The notes under the pieces: generated by a model
The model's database searches: none
Seen by the model: the letters and a program-made list of their open reading frames with translations, nothing else
What the model was told of the DNA's origin: nothing
Position numbers and translations under genes: made by a program
NCBI GenBank assembly: GCA_041666225.1
Contig: JBAYHJ010000005.1
Coordinates: 2,320 to 66,319, forward strand
Source: Minisyncoccota bacterium
GTDB lineage: Bacteria; Patescibacteriota; Minisyncoccia; Phycocordibacterales; UBA9973
Length of the DNA: 64,000 bases
Direction of reading: 5' to 3'
Shown: positions 10,142 through 20,402 of the stretch, piece by piece
Layout: every line of letters starts with the position of its first letter
Position numbering within the stretch: the first letter of the stretch is position 1

Positions 10142-10244
10142 ATAATTTGTATTTTTAAAATAGTAATGTAAAAACTTAGCGCTTTTTAAACTACGCCAGA
10201 ATTCAGTACAATGTTGTTTAAAAATAAATTTATTCATATGATTT

Positions 10245-10280
10245 TAAATTAAAAATAAAAAATCCCACAATTTTTGTGGG
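10245..10280 (-). terminator. Rho-independent terminator downstream of cysS on the minus strand
   Basis: cccacaa/ttgtggg hairpin at 10264..10280, followed on the minus strand by attttttatttttaattt. Confidence 0.45.
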
Positions 10281-10422
10281 TTGTCATGTATTATTTAAAA
10301 ATAATTATAAATACAATAAAAGACTACCCACTTATGTGAGTTGTCCACCATGCTGTATTAATATTAATACTCTTTATTAACATATTTTTATTGTAAACTA
10401 TTTATTCTATAAAAACAATATT

Positions 10423-11808
10423 TTAATCAATTTTAGATATTTCTGTTCTCAAATCAGTATCTTTTATTTCATACCCGAGTTCATTTATCTTTTTTCTTAA
10501 TTCATCACTTTTGCTCCAATCTTTTTGTTTGCGAGCCATTTCTCTCTCTTGTACTAATCCATTTATTTCACTTGGAATTATTTCTACTTCTATTTTACTT
10601 AAATTAAGACCGAGCACTTTATCAAAATCAAGTATAGTTGCGAGTTTGTCTTCATTTGAAATTCCATATTTAAATATCTCCCCAAGAGTTGCCAGAGCTT
10701 TGGGCATATTTAAATCATCATTAATATTATTTAAGAATCTTTCTTTGAGCTCTATATTCACAGTACCTATAGTAGTACCAAGAATTTTAATTTTATTTAT
10801 TAGATTATTGTAACCATTTAATGCAGCTCCCTCTATTTCAGAATTCCATTCCATATGTTTTCTATAATGGACTCCAAAAGTCGCGAAACGATAAACTAGA
10901 GGATTAATATTTTTATCAAGAAATTCACTTTTAAGAGTTAAAAAATTCCCTGTACTTTTAGCCATTTTTTCTCCATTTTTTATATTGAGAAAAAATCCGT
11001 GAATCCAATATTTGACCCAAGGTGATTTATCTGTAGCAGCTTCTGTTTGAGCTAGTTCATTTGTATGATGTAAATTAATGAAATCTTCTGCTCCACAATG
11101 TATATCAAACTGCTCTCCAAGGTATTTAACACTCATTGCAGAGCATTCTATATGCCAACCTGGGAATCCAGTACCCCAAGGACTTTTCCACTCCATTTGG
11201 CGTTTTGTGTCCAAGGGGGAGAACTTCCATAAAGCAAAGTCAGTAGGGTTTTTCTTCTCATCATTTATCTCAATTCGAGCACCTTCTTTTAATGATTCTA
11301 GTTTTTGATGTGAGAGTTTGGAGTAATCGCTAACTTTCGATGTATCAAAATATATACCATCACTGGTTTTATAAGTAAAACCTTTTTTCTCCAAAGTTTC
11401 TATCATTTGTATTTGTTCGGTAATATTGTCTGTGGCTTTACAAAAAACTTCAGGATAAATAATGTTTAAATTGGTTAAATCCTCTTTAAATTTAGTTGTA
11501 TAAAATTCTGCAATTTCCCACGCGGTTTTGTTTTCTTTAAGTGATTCTTTTTCAATTTTATCTTCACCCATATCACGGTCGCCAGTTAAATGACCAACAT
11601 CGGTAATATTCATAACATGTTTAACATTATATCCATTGTAAGCAAGGACTCGTTTTAATATATCTTCAAATATATAAGTACGCATATTACCCAAGTGAGC
11701 GTAGTTATAAACTGTAGGACCACAAGTATAAAGACCGACATCTTGGCCATTTATTGGAACAAATTCTTCTTTTTCCCTTGAAAGGGTATTAAATATGACT
11801 AAAGACAT
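10423..11808 (-). CDS. cysS: Cysteinyl-tRNA synthetase
   Basis: Class I HIGH motif in [21 protein letters not shown] variant KMAKSTGN, Zn-binding Cys in CGPT and HIECSAM. Confidence 0.9.
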   Translation of the reverse strand: MSLVIFNTLSREKEEFVPINGQDVGLYTCGPTVYNYAHLGNMRTYIFEDILKRVLAYNGYNVKHVMNITDVGHLTGDRDMGEDKIEKESLKENKTAWEIAEFYTTKFKEDLTNLNIIYPEVFCKATDNITEQIQMIETLEKKGFTYKTSDGIYFDTSKVSDYSKLSHQKLESLKEGARIEINDEKKNPTDFALWKFSPLDTKRQMEWKSPWGTGFPGWHIECSAMSVKYLGEQFDIHCGAEDFINLHHTNELAQTEAATDKSPWVKYWIHGFFLNIKNGEKMAKSTGNFLTLKSEFLDKNINPLVYRFATFGVHYRKHMEWNSEIEGAALNGYNNLINKIKILGTTIGTVNIELKERFLNNINDDLNMPKALATLGEIFKYGISNEDKLATILDFDKVLGLNLSKIEVEIIPSEINGLVQEREMARKQKDWSKSDELRKKINELGYEIKDTDLRTEISKID

Positions 11809-12340
11809 ATATAGATATTAGCATTATTGCGCCCAATGAGACAAATGACAGTGTGGTTAATAATTTTAACTTCTTATTATTTTTCAATATCTGCTGTTTA
11901 AGATTTTCGGCTTTAATATTACTTAGTAATAATTCTTTTTGTGAACCTATAAACAAATTTTTTAACAAATGAGCAAATAGAACTTTATTATTACTTATAT
12001 CTAATTTTTGGCTTGAATTAATGTTTAATTCTATTTCTTTTATAAATGAAGATAAAGATGTAATTCGTTCATTATGAATACTTATAATAAAACTATCATT
12101 AACAATGAAAAATAATTTACTATTTTGAGTTGTTTTGTTTTGAGGAAAATCTATAGAAGTAAATAAATAATCATAATCAATACTTATTTCATCATTATTT
12201 CCTCTATTCTCTATCTTTTCTTTTATGTAGGAAGGTATTGAATACTCTTCTAAAATATAGTTAATTTCTTCTTCCTTGGGTGACTCTAAATCGATCCAAG
12301 TGAGTTCTTTGTGGCTATATTTTGATATCATAAAGATCAT
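11789..12340 (-). CDS. Hypothetical protein with C-terminal TM anchor
   Basis: 183-aa ORF overlapping the cysS start by 20 nt; C-terminal hydrophobic helix; no recognisable motif. Confidence 0.3.
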   Translation of the reverse strand: MIFMISKYSHKELTWIDLESPKEEEINYILEEYSIPSYIKEKIENRGNNDEISIDYDYLFTSIDFPQNKTTQNSKLFFIVNDSFIISIHNERITSLSSFIKEIELNINSSQKLDISNNKVLFAHLLKNLFIGSQKELLLSNIKAENLKQQILKNNKKLKLLTTLSFVSLGAIMLISIYVFSHI

Positions 12341-12353
12341 TATACAATCTAGC

Positions 12354-12382
12354 TTGCAATTTTGCCAACTTTTGTGTAATAT
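12354..12382 (+). promoter_or_regulatory. Candidate sigma70-type promoter for rplU
   Basis: TTGCAA then 16-17 nt then TAATAT, about 55 nt upstream of the rplU ATG. Confidence 0.35.
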
Positions 12383-12437
12383 GGTTCTTATCCATAGATT
12401 TCCGTATATTAAAGGATATCTTTAGATAAATTAAATT

Positions 12438-12809
12438 ATGCCTAAAACAACAACTACAACAAAAAAAGTCAAAACAACAGTTCCAGAAAGTAAGGAATTT
12501 GCGGTTATTTTCACGGGCGGAAAGCAATATAAAGTAGCTGTTGGGGATGTCTTAAAAATTGAAAAAATTGATGGTGAATTCAAACCAGGTGATAAGGTAG
12601 TATTTGATAAGGTTTTATTGGTAGATAATGGTACAGATACGACAATTGGAACACCTTATATATTAAACGCGAAAGTTGAATCTTTATTTCAAAAATTAGG
12701 TAAAGGAAAGACTGTAAAGGTAGTTAAATATAAACAAAAAAGTAGATATCTTAAAAGGAATGGTCATAGACAACCTTTTATAGAAGTTAAAATATCTTCA
12801 ATTAAATAA
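12438..12809 (+). CDS. rplU: 50S ribosomal protein L21 (with short Thr/Lys-rich N-terminal extension)
   Basis: FAVIFTGGKQYKVAVGDVLKIEKI core L21 motif, basic C-terminus. Confidence 0.85.
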   Translation: MPKTTTTTKKVKTTVPESKEFAVIFTGGKQYKVAVGDVLKIEKIDGEFKPGDKVVFDKVLLVDNGTDTTIGTPYILNAKVESLFQKLGKGKTVKVVKYKQKSRYLKRNGHRQPFIEVKISSIK

Positions 12810-12816
12810 ATTTAGA

Positions 12817-12840
12817 ACGGCCCGTAAGGGCTGTTTTTGT
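12817..12840 (+). terminator. Rho-independent terminator after rplU
   Basis: acggccc-gtaa-gggctgt hairpin followed by TTTTTGT. Confidence 0.5.
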
Positions 12841-12910
12841 ATTTGACTGGATATATAATATATTGTAATATAAAGAAAAAATTTACACTAAAATAATAGG
12901 AGATATAAAA

Positions 12911-13768
12911 ATGAAAAACGAGAATTTTGTATTAACGTTGGAGAACAATGAATCTCCAATTATAATAACTGTACCTCATGGAGGAATGCCAAATCGTTAT
13001 GCTTCCTGGTTGGATCCATTTTTTCAAAAACGAATTAAATCCGATAATCCTTCTGAAAATTTAATTACTGGAGAAAAAATTGTAGTTGGTAGTGATGGTC
13101 AAATAATGCACATTGTTGCTGATATCTTAAAAGAATATCCAGCAAATGCAATTATTGGTTTATTACCAAGGTCTTTTGTGGATTACAACCGCTTTGTCCC
13201 TGAAGTTGCTTACACGGATCAGAAAATTAAACCTTTTTATGGTGCGTATCACAATGCAATTATTGAAACGATTGAAAGACTTAAGAAAAACAAAAAAATA
13301 ATTTTTCTTTTTGATTTTCATGGTTTTGGGAAACAACCGATTGATGGCATGGAATTTGATGTTATTATCGGAACAGACGGAAAAACATCCCCGTTAAAAA
13401 CAGATAAATTTTTATATGATTATTTTGGGGATAAATACAAAGTATTTTGTGCTGGAATGAAAGGTTTACCCAAAAATGAAAGTGAATCTTATAGGGGAAA
13501 CACAACGAATCTTTGGTATTATCTTAAATATAAGAATATTTTGGATTCCATGTTAATAGAAATTTCTCCGAAATTTAGAAGTTCAAAAGGTGAAAATTCA
13601 AAAGAAAATGGAATTCAAATAGCTAGAGATTTCGCGTCATATTTTAAAAAAGTTGATGAAGAAGCTGGTTTAATGGAAGAGGATATTGAAGCTAATGATA
13701 TGTTCTATCATTCCTTATGGAGTTATCATAAAAATATATTTGGTGAAAAAATTAGTAGTGAAATTTAA
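12911..13768 (+). CDS. N-formylglutamate amidohydrolase (FGase) family protein
   Basis: IITVPHGG near N-terminus and FLFDFHGFG match the PHxG / DxH metal-binding motifs of the FGase fold. Confidence 0.45.
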   Translation: MKNENFVLTLENNESPIIITVPHGGMPNRYASWLDPFFQKRIKSDNPSENLITGEKIVVGSDGQIMHIVADILKEYPANAIIGLLPRSFVDYNRFVPEVAYTDQKIKPFYGAYHNAIIETIERLKKNKKIIFLFDFHGFGKQPIDGMEFDVIIGTDGKTSPLKTDKFLYDYFGDKYKVFCAGMKGLPKNESESYRGNTTNLWYYLKYKNILDSMLIEISPKFRSSKGENSKENGIQIARDFASYFKKVDEEAGLMEEDIEANDMFYHSLWSYHKNIFGEKISSEI

Positions 13769-13772
13769 GAAA

Positions 13773-13803
13773 GAGCTCTGTCAAATAATGGCAGAGCTTT
13801 TTA
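13773..13803. terminator. Bidirectional terminator between convergent FGase-family gene and recR
   Basis: agctctg-loop-cagagct hairpin with T-runs on both strands. Confidence 0.5.
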
Positions 13804-13805
13804 GT

Positions 13806-14420
13806 TTAGGCTCTATTTTTGAGGGCGTTTTTAATAGTTTCGCTATCTGAATATTCAAGCTCTGTTCCAGTAGAAAGCCCACGACCAAGTGAGACTATTT
13901 TAAAATTATATTTATCTTGAAGGGGAGATATCTTTTCTCGTAAATACATATCTGTATGTTCTCCTTGGGGATTTAATGATAGTGCAATTATTATTTCTTT
14001 TAGGTTATCTTTTTTTGCACGACTCTCAATTGTATTTAAAAGTTCTTTGAGTCTTAGAAAAATTGGTGTCTCTTTCGTAACTATCGGCGCAAGTCCTCCA
14101 AGTATAAAATACATACCAGAATAATTTTTACTTCTTTTTATATTTTCAAAATCAGCATCTTTTTCGATAATTAAAAGGGAAGTTTTGTCTGTTTTTAGAT
14201 CCTTGCATGTATTACATAGTTGGTCTTTGTCTCCTTGAAAAAAAAGAAAACAAGAGGGGCATTGATGAATTAGGTTTCTAATAGATAGAATGTCTTCTCC
14301 TAGCTCTTTTACATAATTGGGATTTTTATGAAGCAAAAAATACACAAACCTTTTTGATTGGCGTTCTCCAATTCCTGGAAATTCTTTAAAATATTGTGCT
14401 AATTTTTCAATTGGATCCAT
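13806..14420 (-). CDS. recR: Recombination protein RecR
   Basis: HhH motif FPGIGERQSKRF, C4 zinc finger CPSCFLFF...CNTCKD, Toprim domain. Confidence 0.85.
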   Translation of the reverse strand: MDPIEKLAQYFKEFPGIGERQSKRFVYFLLHKNPNYVKELGEDILSIRNLIHQCPSCFLFFQGDKDQLCNTCKDLKTDKTSLLIIEKDADFENIKRSKNYSGMYFILGGLAPIVTKETPIFLRLKELLNTIESRAKKDNLKEIIIALSLNPQGEHTDMYLREKISPLQDKYNFKIVSLGRGLSTGTELEYSDSETIKNALKNRA

Positions 14421-14425
14421 ATAAA

Positions 14426-15811
14426 TTAAAAACCATCTATCTCCGTGCCTCCAGATGAGCTGTAACTATTTGTATCTTTTTTATCTATCGACATAAAAGT
14501 TGTTGATTTTTCATCAAAGTATAGATCAACTTTTCCAACAGGGCCATTACGGTGTTTTTCTATTAAAATTTCGGCAATATTTGTCTTTTCACTTTCATCT
14601 TTTCCTTTATCTTCACGATGAATAAACATAACAATATCCGCATCTTGCTCGATTGATCCTGAATCACGAAGATCTGATAATCGAGGTCGTCCACCACGAG
14701 ACTCAACCGCACGAGAAAGTTGAGACAAAGCTAGAACTGGAACATCAAATTCTTTAGCCAAAGATTTAAGTGATCGAGATATTTCAGTAACTTGATTCAC
14801 CATATTATCATAATTTTTTGAAGTAGACATCAATTGTAAGTAATCAACAATTATTAACCCGATACCATGCTCAGCTCTTATTCTTCTACAAACAGAACGC
14901 ATACGAATAATAGAGTTACCAGCTAAATCATCTACAAAGATTGGGGCTTTCGATAAGCTATCAAGAGAGTCACGAATTTTAGCAAATTCTCCTTCAGAAG
15001 AAAGATTTCCAGTACGAAGATTCCACGCATTTACTTTTGATTGTGCAGCAAGCAACCTATCAACTAATTGTTGAGTACTCATTTCAAGAGAAAATATAAC
15101 AGTAGGGGTACCATTGTTGAGTGCGGCCTGACGAGCGATATCAAGAGCAAGAGTCGTCTTACCCATAGACGGACGTGCAGCTAAAATAACAAGATCTGAT
15201 TTTTGAAGCCCAGATAGATATTGATCAAGATCATGGAAGCCTGTAGGTACTCCACGAAGTTCACCTTTATTCTCGTGAAGTTTTTCTAATCTTTCCCAAG
15301 CCTCAGGTAAACTTTCTTTCAGGGAAGTAAATGCGTGCCCACCAGCATTACTATTTATTCCCATCATTCTTTTTTCAGCTTGGTCAAGAATATCAAAAAC
15401 ATCCTCAACTTCATCTTTAAAACCTAGTTCTGAAATATGATCACCAGCCTCAATTATTTTTCGAAGAATATGTTTTTTATTTACAACATCAGCGTAATAT
15501 TTGATATTTGTTGAAGCAGGTACGGAATTTGTAAGTTCACTCAAATAACTACTTCCACCCATCTGATCAAGTAATCCTTTTTCTTCAAGCTTATGAGAAA
15601 CTGACAAGATATCTATAGGATCTCCCTTACTTGAGAGCTCAAGCATTATCTTATAAACTTGTGCATGTTTTGAAGCATAAAAAGAGTCGGAATTTACGAT
15701 GTCATTTATTTCGTGTATTGCACCAGGACGCAACATTATTGAGCCCAAAATTGCTTTTTCTGAGTCCACGCTTTGTGGAGGCACTCGCAGTTTAGTTTTT
15801 TTGTCTTGCAT
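14426..15811 (-). CDS. dnaB: Replicative DNA helicase DnaB (start taken at internal ATG 15811; the ORF track extends to 15895)
   Basis: N-terminal DnaB domain, Walker A ARPSMGKTTLAL, IIVDYLQLM, RecA-like C-terminal domain. Confidence 0.9.
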   Translation of the reverse strand: MQDKKTKLRVPPQSVDSEKAILGSIMLRPGAIHEINDIVNSDSFYASKHAQVYKIMLELSSKGDPIDILSVSHKLEEKGLLDQMGGSSYLSELTNSVPASTNIKYYADVVNKKHILRKIIEAGDHISELGFKDEVEDVFDILDQAEKRMMGINSNAGGHAFTSLKESLPEAWERLEKLHENKGELRGVPTGFHDLDQYLSGLQKSDLVILAARPSMGKTTLALDIARQAALNNGTPTVIFSLEMSTQQLVDRLLAAQSKVNAWNLRTGNLSSEGEFAKIRDSLDSLSKAPIFVDDLAGNSIIRMRSVCRRIRAEHGIGLIIVDYLQLMSTSKNYDNMVNQVTEISRSLKSLAKEFDVPVLALSQLSRAVESRGGRPRLSDLRDSGSIEQDADIVMFIHREDKGKDESEKTNIAEILIEKHRNGPVGKVDLYFDEKSTTFMSIDKKDTNSYSSSGGTEIDGF

Positions 15812-15915
15812 GTTTCGTATTGTATCAGCAATAATGTAAGTCTCAAAATAGATATTTCTAATAAATATGTGTGTAATATGTGCAAAACTATTCATTTTTT
15901 GGTATTATTATACTT

Positions 15916-16923
15916 ATGGTAAAAGAACAAATAAATGTGCTTACAGGAGATCGTCCAACTGGGAAACTCCATCTTGGTCATTTTGTTGGATCTATTAAAA
16001 ATAGAATAAAGCTTCAAAATGAGGCAGATAATTCGTTTTATATGATTGCAGACATTCAAGGATTAACAGATAACGCAAATAATCCTCAAAAAGTTCGAGA
16101 TAATGTTATAGAAGTTGTTTTAGATAACTTGGCTTGTGGCTTGGATCCTAAAAAAACAACAATGTTTATTCAATCTGAGATTCCAGAAATAGCTGAGCTT
16201 ACTGTTATTTTTTTAAACCTAGTTACACTCGCACGACTCAAAAGAAATCCAACAGTTAAAGATGAAATGAAGCAAAAAGGTTTTGGAGAGGATGTTCCAG
16301 CTGGTTTTCTTTGTTATCCTATATCTCAAGCAGCTGATATATTATTTGCAAAGGCAAATTTAATTCCAGTTGGTGAAGATCAACTCCCAGTAATAGAACA
16401 AGTAAATGAAATTGTAGATACTTTCAATCGATATTATGGAGAAACATTTAGTCGTGTTAAACATTTAGTTGGAGATACACCAAGGCTAATTGGTACTGAT
16501 GGAAATGTTAAAATGGGTAAATCACTAAACAATGGAATCTATCTTTCTGATTCATTTGAAGAAATTTCTAAAAAAGTTATGAGTATGTATACTGACCCAA
16601 AACACATACACGTAGAAGACCCTGGACAAGTAGAAGGCAATGTAGTTTTTACTTATTTAGATATTTTTGATTCTGATAAAGATGTAGTTGAAGATTTAAA
16701 GAAAAAATATAAAATAGGTGGATTAGGTGATGTTATAATAAAAAAAAGATTAATTGATGTTCTTGAAAATATAATTAGTCCAATTAGAACAAAAAGAGAA
16801 GAATTATCAAGGCATCCAGAAGAAGTAATGAAGATTTTAGAAGAAGGTACAGCAAAAGCTAGATTAGTAGCACAAAAAACAATGGCCGAAGTGAGATTTG
16901 CATTAAAAATTAATTATTTTTAA
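15916..16923 (+). CDS. trpS: Tryptophanyl-tRNA synthetase (start at ATG 15916; the ORF track extends to 15880)
   Basis: TGDRPTGKLHLGHFVGS (HIGH region), KMGKS (KMSKS), divergent from dnaB. Confidence 0.9.
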   Translation: MVKEQINVLTGDRPTGKLHLGHFVGSIKNRIKLQNEADNSFYMIADIQGLTDNANNPQKVRDNVIEVVLDNLACGLDPKKTTMFIQSEIPEIAELTVIFLNLVTLARLKRNPTVKDEMKQKGFGEDVPAGFLCYPISQAADILFAKANLIPVGEDQLPVIEQVNEIVDTFNRYYGETFSRVKHLVGDTPRLIGTDGNVKMGKSLNNGIYLSDSFEEISKKVMSMYTDPKHIHVEDPGQVEGNVVFTYLDIFDSDKDVVEDLKKKYKIGGLGDVIIKKRLIDVLENIISPIRTKREELSRHPEEVMKILEEGTAKARLVAQKTMAEVRFALKINYF

Positions 16924-16926
16924 TTT

Positions 16927-17139
16927 ATGAAATATCTTTTTGCATTAATTGTCGTAATTTTGAATCTTGTAAATGTTCCACTGAACATGCTTTATATGAG
17001 AGTTCAAAAATGGTATTTACCAATGTGGAAAAAAGACAAAATTATATATTTTGCATTTGCTCCTTTTTATTGGATTTTAGTAGCCCTCACATTTATTTTT
17101 GGATATCCTTGTGAAAAGTTGGCACATTTAGCACATTAA
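16927..17139 (+). CDS. Small hypothetical membrane protein (70 aa, 2 TM)
   Basis: ORF fills the trpS-aspS gap; two hydrophobic helices; no motif. Confidence 0.3.
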   Translation: MKYLFALIVVILNLVNVPLNMLYMRVQKWYLPMWKKDKIIYFAFAPFYWILVALTFIFGYPCEKLAHLAH

Positions 17140-17168
17140 TAGTTTAATTATAATCACAAAAAGATTTT

Positions 17169-18590
17169 ATGAAAGAAAGAATATATATAAAAGATTTAAA
17201 TAATTTTATTAGTAAAGAAGTTTTAATTGCTGGATGGGTTGATGTTCGTCGCGATCAAGGGAAAATGATTTTCTTGGATTTTCGTGATATGACAGGAAAA
17301 GTACAAGGGGTTATTTTACCAAGTTATGTTGAAACACTTGAAGTTGGAAAAACACTCAGAAGTGAATTTGTGGTGAAAGTGAAAGGAAAAGTAAACAAAA
17401 GACCTGAACGAAATATTAAAGAAGGAGTTTTGAACGGTGATATCGAGCTTGAGATACTTGAGATAGAGGTATTAAATAAAGCAAACACACCTCCTTTTGA
17501 TGTAACAACTGATGGAAAAGAAATTGGAGAAGAAAATAGACTTAAGTATAGATATCTTGATTTACGACGACCTCGAATGCAAAAAAATATTCGTAATCGT
17601 CATTATCTTTCAAAATTTGTTAGAGATTTTCTTGATAATGAAAATTTTATTGAAATAGAAACACCTATTTTAACAAAGTCTACTCCTGAAGGGGCACGAG
17701 ACTATATTGTTCCATCAAGATTATATCCTGGAACTTTTTATGCTCTTCCGCAATCTCCTCAACAGTACAAACAACTCTTAATGGCAAGCGGAATGGAAAA
17801 ATATTTTCAAATTGCTAGATGTATGCGTGACGAAGATACAAGAGGTGATAGACAGCCAGAATTTACTCAACTTGATATGGAAATGAGTTTTGTGGAAAAG
17901 AACGATGTTATGGATGTTAACGAACGTCTTCTTATTGAATTAGTAACAAAATTATATCCACAAAAGAAAATCCAAGAAATTCCATTTCCTCATATTTCAT
18001 ACAAAGATGCCATGGAAAAATATGGTAATGACAGACCAGATTTACGCAAAGATAAAAATGATCCAGATCTACTTGCTTTTTGTTGGGTGGTTGATTTTCC
18101 GTTTTTTGAAAGAACTGATAAGTCAGACAACCCAAATACTGAGGGTGAATGGACATTTACACATAATCCATTTTCAGAACCCATAAGTAATCATAAAAAA
18201 ATGTTACTAGAAGGTAAAAATTTAGGAGAAATATTAACAACTCAATATGATATTATTTTAAATGGATATGAGATAGGTGGTGGAAGCATAAGAGCTCATG
18301 AGGCAAATACTCTTCGTAAGGTATTAAATATAATAGGACATAAAAATGAAGATATAGATAAAAATTTTGGACATATGTTGAATGCCTTTGAGACAGGTAC
18401 ACCTCCTCATGGTGGAATAGCTTGGGGTTTTGACCGATTGTTAATGCTTCTTGAAAATGAACCAAATATTCGTGAAGTTATTGCTTTTCCTAAAACGGGT
18501 GAAGGAAAAGATTTAATGATGGAATCTCCATCAGCAGTTTCAGCTGTTCAGTTAAAAGAATTAAATATAGAAATAACGAAGAAAAAATAG
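17169..18590 (+). CDS. aspS: Aspartyl-tRNA synthetase, short (archaeal/non-discriminating type) form
   Basis: Class II motifs; FQIARCMRDEDTRGDRQPEFTQLDMEMSF is diagnostic for AspRS; 473 aa lacks the bacterial insertion domain; gatB present at 27016. Confidence 0.85.
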   Translation: MKERIYIKDLNNFISKEVLIAGWVDVRRDQGKMIFLDFRDMTGKVQGVILPSYVETLEVGKTLRSEFVVKVKGKVNKRPERNIKEGVLNGDIELEILEIEVLNKANTPPFDVTTDGKEIGEENRLKYRYLDLRRPRMQKNIRNRHYLSKFVRDFLDNENFIEIETPILTKSTPEGARDYIVPSRLYPGTFYALPQSPQQYKQLLMASGMEKYFQIARCMRDEDTRGDRQPEFTQLDMEMSFVEKNDVMDVNERLLIELVTKLYPQKKIQEIPFPHISYKDAMEKYGNDRPDLRKDKNDPDLLAFCWVVDFPFFERTDKSDNPNTEGEWTFTHNPFSEPISNHKKMLLEGKNLGEILTTQYDIILNGYEIGGGSIRAHEANTLRKVLNIIGHKNEDIDKNFGHMLNAFETGTPPHGGIAWGFDRLLMLLENEPNIREVIAFPKTGEGKDLMMESPSAVSAVQLKELNIEITKKK

Positions 18591-18593
18591 ATT

Positions 18594-19049
18594 ATGAAAG
18601 ATTGTCTTTTTTGTAAAATTGTAAAAGGTGAGATGCCTTCATATAAAGTTTGGGAAGATGAAAAACATTTAGCTTTTCTTACTATTTTTCCTAATACAGA
18701 AGGAGTAACTGTTGTTATTACAAAAGAACATTTTACTAGTTATGCTTTTGACTTACCAGATGAGAATCTTTCTGATCTAGTTTTAGCTACAAAAAAGGTT
18801 GCTAAACTATTAGATTCAAAACTAGAAGACGTAGGGCGTACGGCGATGGTTTTTGAAGGTTATGGAATTGACCATATTCATGCAAAACTTTATCCAATGC
18901 ATGGAACTGCTGATTTAAAAGAATGGAAGCCAATTGAATCAAAGATTGATAAATATTTTTATAAATATGAGGGATATATTTCATCACATGATTACAAAAG
19001 AGCTGATAATAATTTATTAAAAAAAGTTGCAGAAAAAATAAGAAAATAA
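18594..19049 (+). CDS. HIT-family (histidine triad) hydrolase
   Basis: CLFCKIVKGE N-terminal motif, histidine triad region DHIHAKLYP. Confidence 0.75.
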   Translation: MKDCLFCKIVKGEMPSYKVWEDEKHLAFLTIFPNTEGVTVVITKEHFTSYAFDLPDENLSDLVLATKKVAKLLDSKLEDVGRTAMVFEGYGIDHIHAKLYPMHGTADLKEWKPIESKIDKYFYKYEGYISSHDYKRADNNLLKKVAEKIRK

Positions 19050-19050
19050 A

Positions 19051-19818
19051 ATGTCCGATATAATTTCACCATATCAAATAAAACAGGGAACTTTTGAGGG
19101 GCCACTTGAGCTTCTACTTTCTCTTATAGAACAAAAGAAACTATTTGTGAATGAGATATCACTTGCTGAAGTTACCAATGATTATATAACTTATATAAAA
19201 TCATTAAATGATGTTCCTTCAGATAAACACATCGCAGATGTGTCATATTTTATCCTCATTGCGGCAACTTTGATTTTAATTAAATCAAAATCATTGCTTC
19301 CAAACTTATCTTTAACTGATGATGAAACTGAAAAAATTACAGATCTTGAAACTAGACTTAAATTATTTAAAATAATTAAAAATGCCAGTATTGATATAAA
19401 TAATAATTTTGGAGTAAAAATAATTTTTATGCCGAATGAACGTATTTGGAGTGACCCACTGTTTTCTCCAGATGCTTTGATCACAGTAAACAATATGTTT
19501 TCCTCTATCAACGAAGTTCTTTCTCATATTCCTAAAAAAGCAGAAAAACTGCCTGAAATAGAAGTTAAAAAGATTATAAACATAGATGAAATAATAAATA
19601 GTCTCACAGATCGTATTCAAAATGCTATAAATTTATCTTTCCGAGAATTTACTCAAAATAGTGGAGCTGAAAATCAAGAAGAGGCAAAAGTACACGTTAT
19701 TATTTCATTCTTGGCTATGCTAGAATTGGTAAGAGAAGGAATAATTGATGTAATTCAAAATAATTCTTTCGGAGATATTGAAATTAACAAGCAGGAATTA
19801 ATTAAAAATTTGAATTAA
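19051..19818 (+). CDS. scpA: Segregation and condensation protein A
   Basis: N-terminal FEGPLELLLSLIEQKKL kleisin motif, conserved C-terminal winged helix. Confidence 0.8.
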   Translation: MSDIISPYQIKQGTFEGPLELLLSLIEQKKLFVNEISLAEVTNDYITYIKSLNDVPSDKHIADVSYFILIAATLILIKSKSLLPNLSLTDDETEKITDLETRLKLFKIIKNASIDINNNFGVKIIFMPNERIWSDPLFSPDALITVNNMFSSINEVLSHIPKKAEKLPEIEVKKIINIDEIINSLTDRIQNAINLSFREFTQNSGAENQEEAKVHVIISFLAMLELVREGIIDVIQNNSFGDIEINKQELIKNLN

Positions 19819-19862
19819 TAATTAATACTAGAAGCTAGAACCTAGCAACTAGAACCTAATCT

Positions 19863-20402
19863 ATGGAACTAGAATCAAAAATTGAAGGATTACTTTTTTA
19901 TAAGGGTGAAGATGTCCAAATAAAAAAATTGGCAGAACTTTTAAATGTAAATGACAATGATATAGAAGAAGCCTTAAAAAAATTAGAAATTTCTCTTTTA
20001 AATAGAGGGCTAGTTCTTGTCCGCAAAGATGATTCTGTGGTTTTGGGAATTACTGGAGAATTGAGTTCACTTATAGAGTCTATTCGAAAAGAAGAAATTA
20101 CAAAAGACTTGACGAAATCATCTCTTGAAACACTTTCTATTGTTTTATATAAAAATGGTGTTTCTCGTAGCGAGATAGATTATATTCGTGGAGTGAATTC
20201 AAGTTTTATATTGAGAAATTTAATTGTTCGAGGATTAATAGAAAAAATCACTGATCCTAAAGATAGTAGGCGTTTGCTATATCGTCCAACTTTTGATGCA
20301 TTATCTTTTATGGGAATCACTTCCATAGAACAACTTCCTAATTACAGTGAGGTTATAACTCAATTACAAGAAGTTATTAAACAAGAAGAAAAAAATGACT
20401 AA
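19863..20402 (+). CDS. scpB: Segregation and condensation protein B
   Basis: IEGLLFYKGEDVQIKKLAELL and tandem winged-helix pattern; follows scpA. Confidence 0.8.
   Translation: MELESKIEGLLFYKGEDVQIKKLAELLNVNDNDIEEALKKLEISLLNRGLVLVRKDDSVVLGITGELSSLIESIRKEEITKDLTKSSLETLSIVLYKNGVSRSEIDYIRGVNSSFILRNLIVRGLIEKITDPKDSRRLLYRPTFDALSFMGITSIEQLPNYSEVITQLQEVIKQEEKND

Noticed and set aside
12315-12527. Minus-strand 70-aa ORF overlapping the rplU start
   Set aside because: Antisense to a highly conserved ribosomal protein gene and its promoter. Cys/Phe-rich, with no support.
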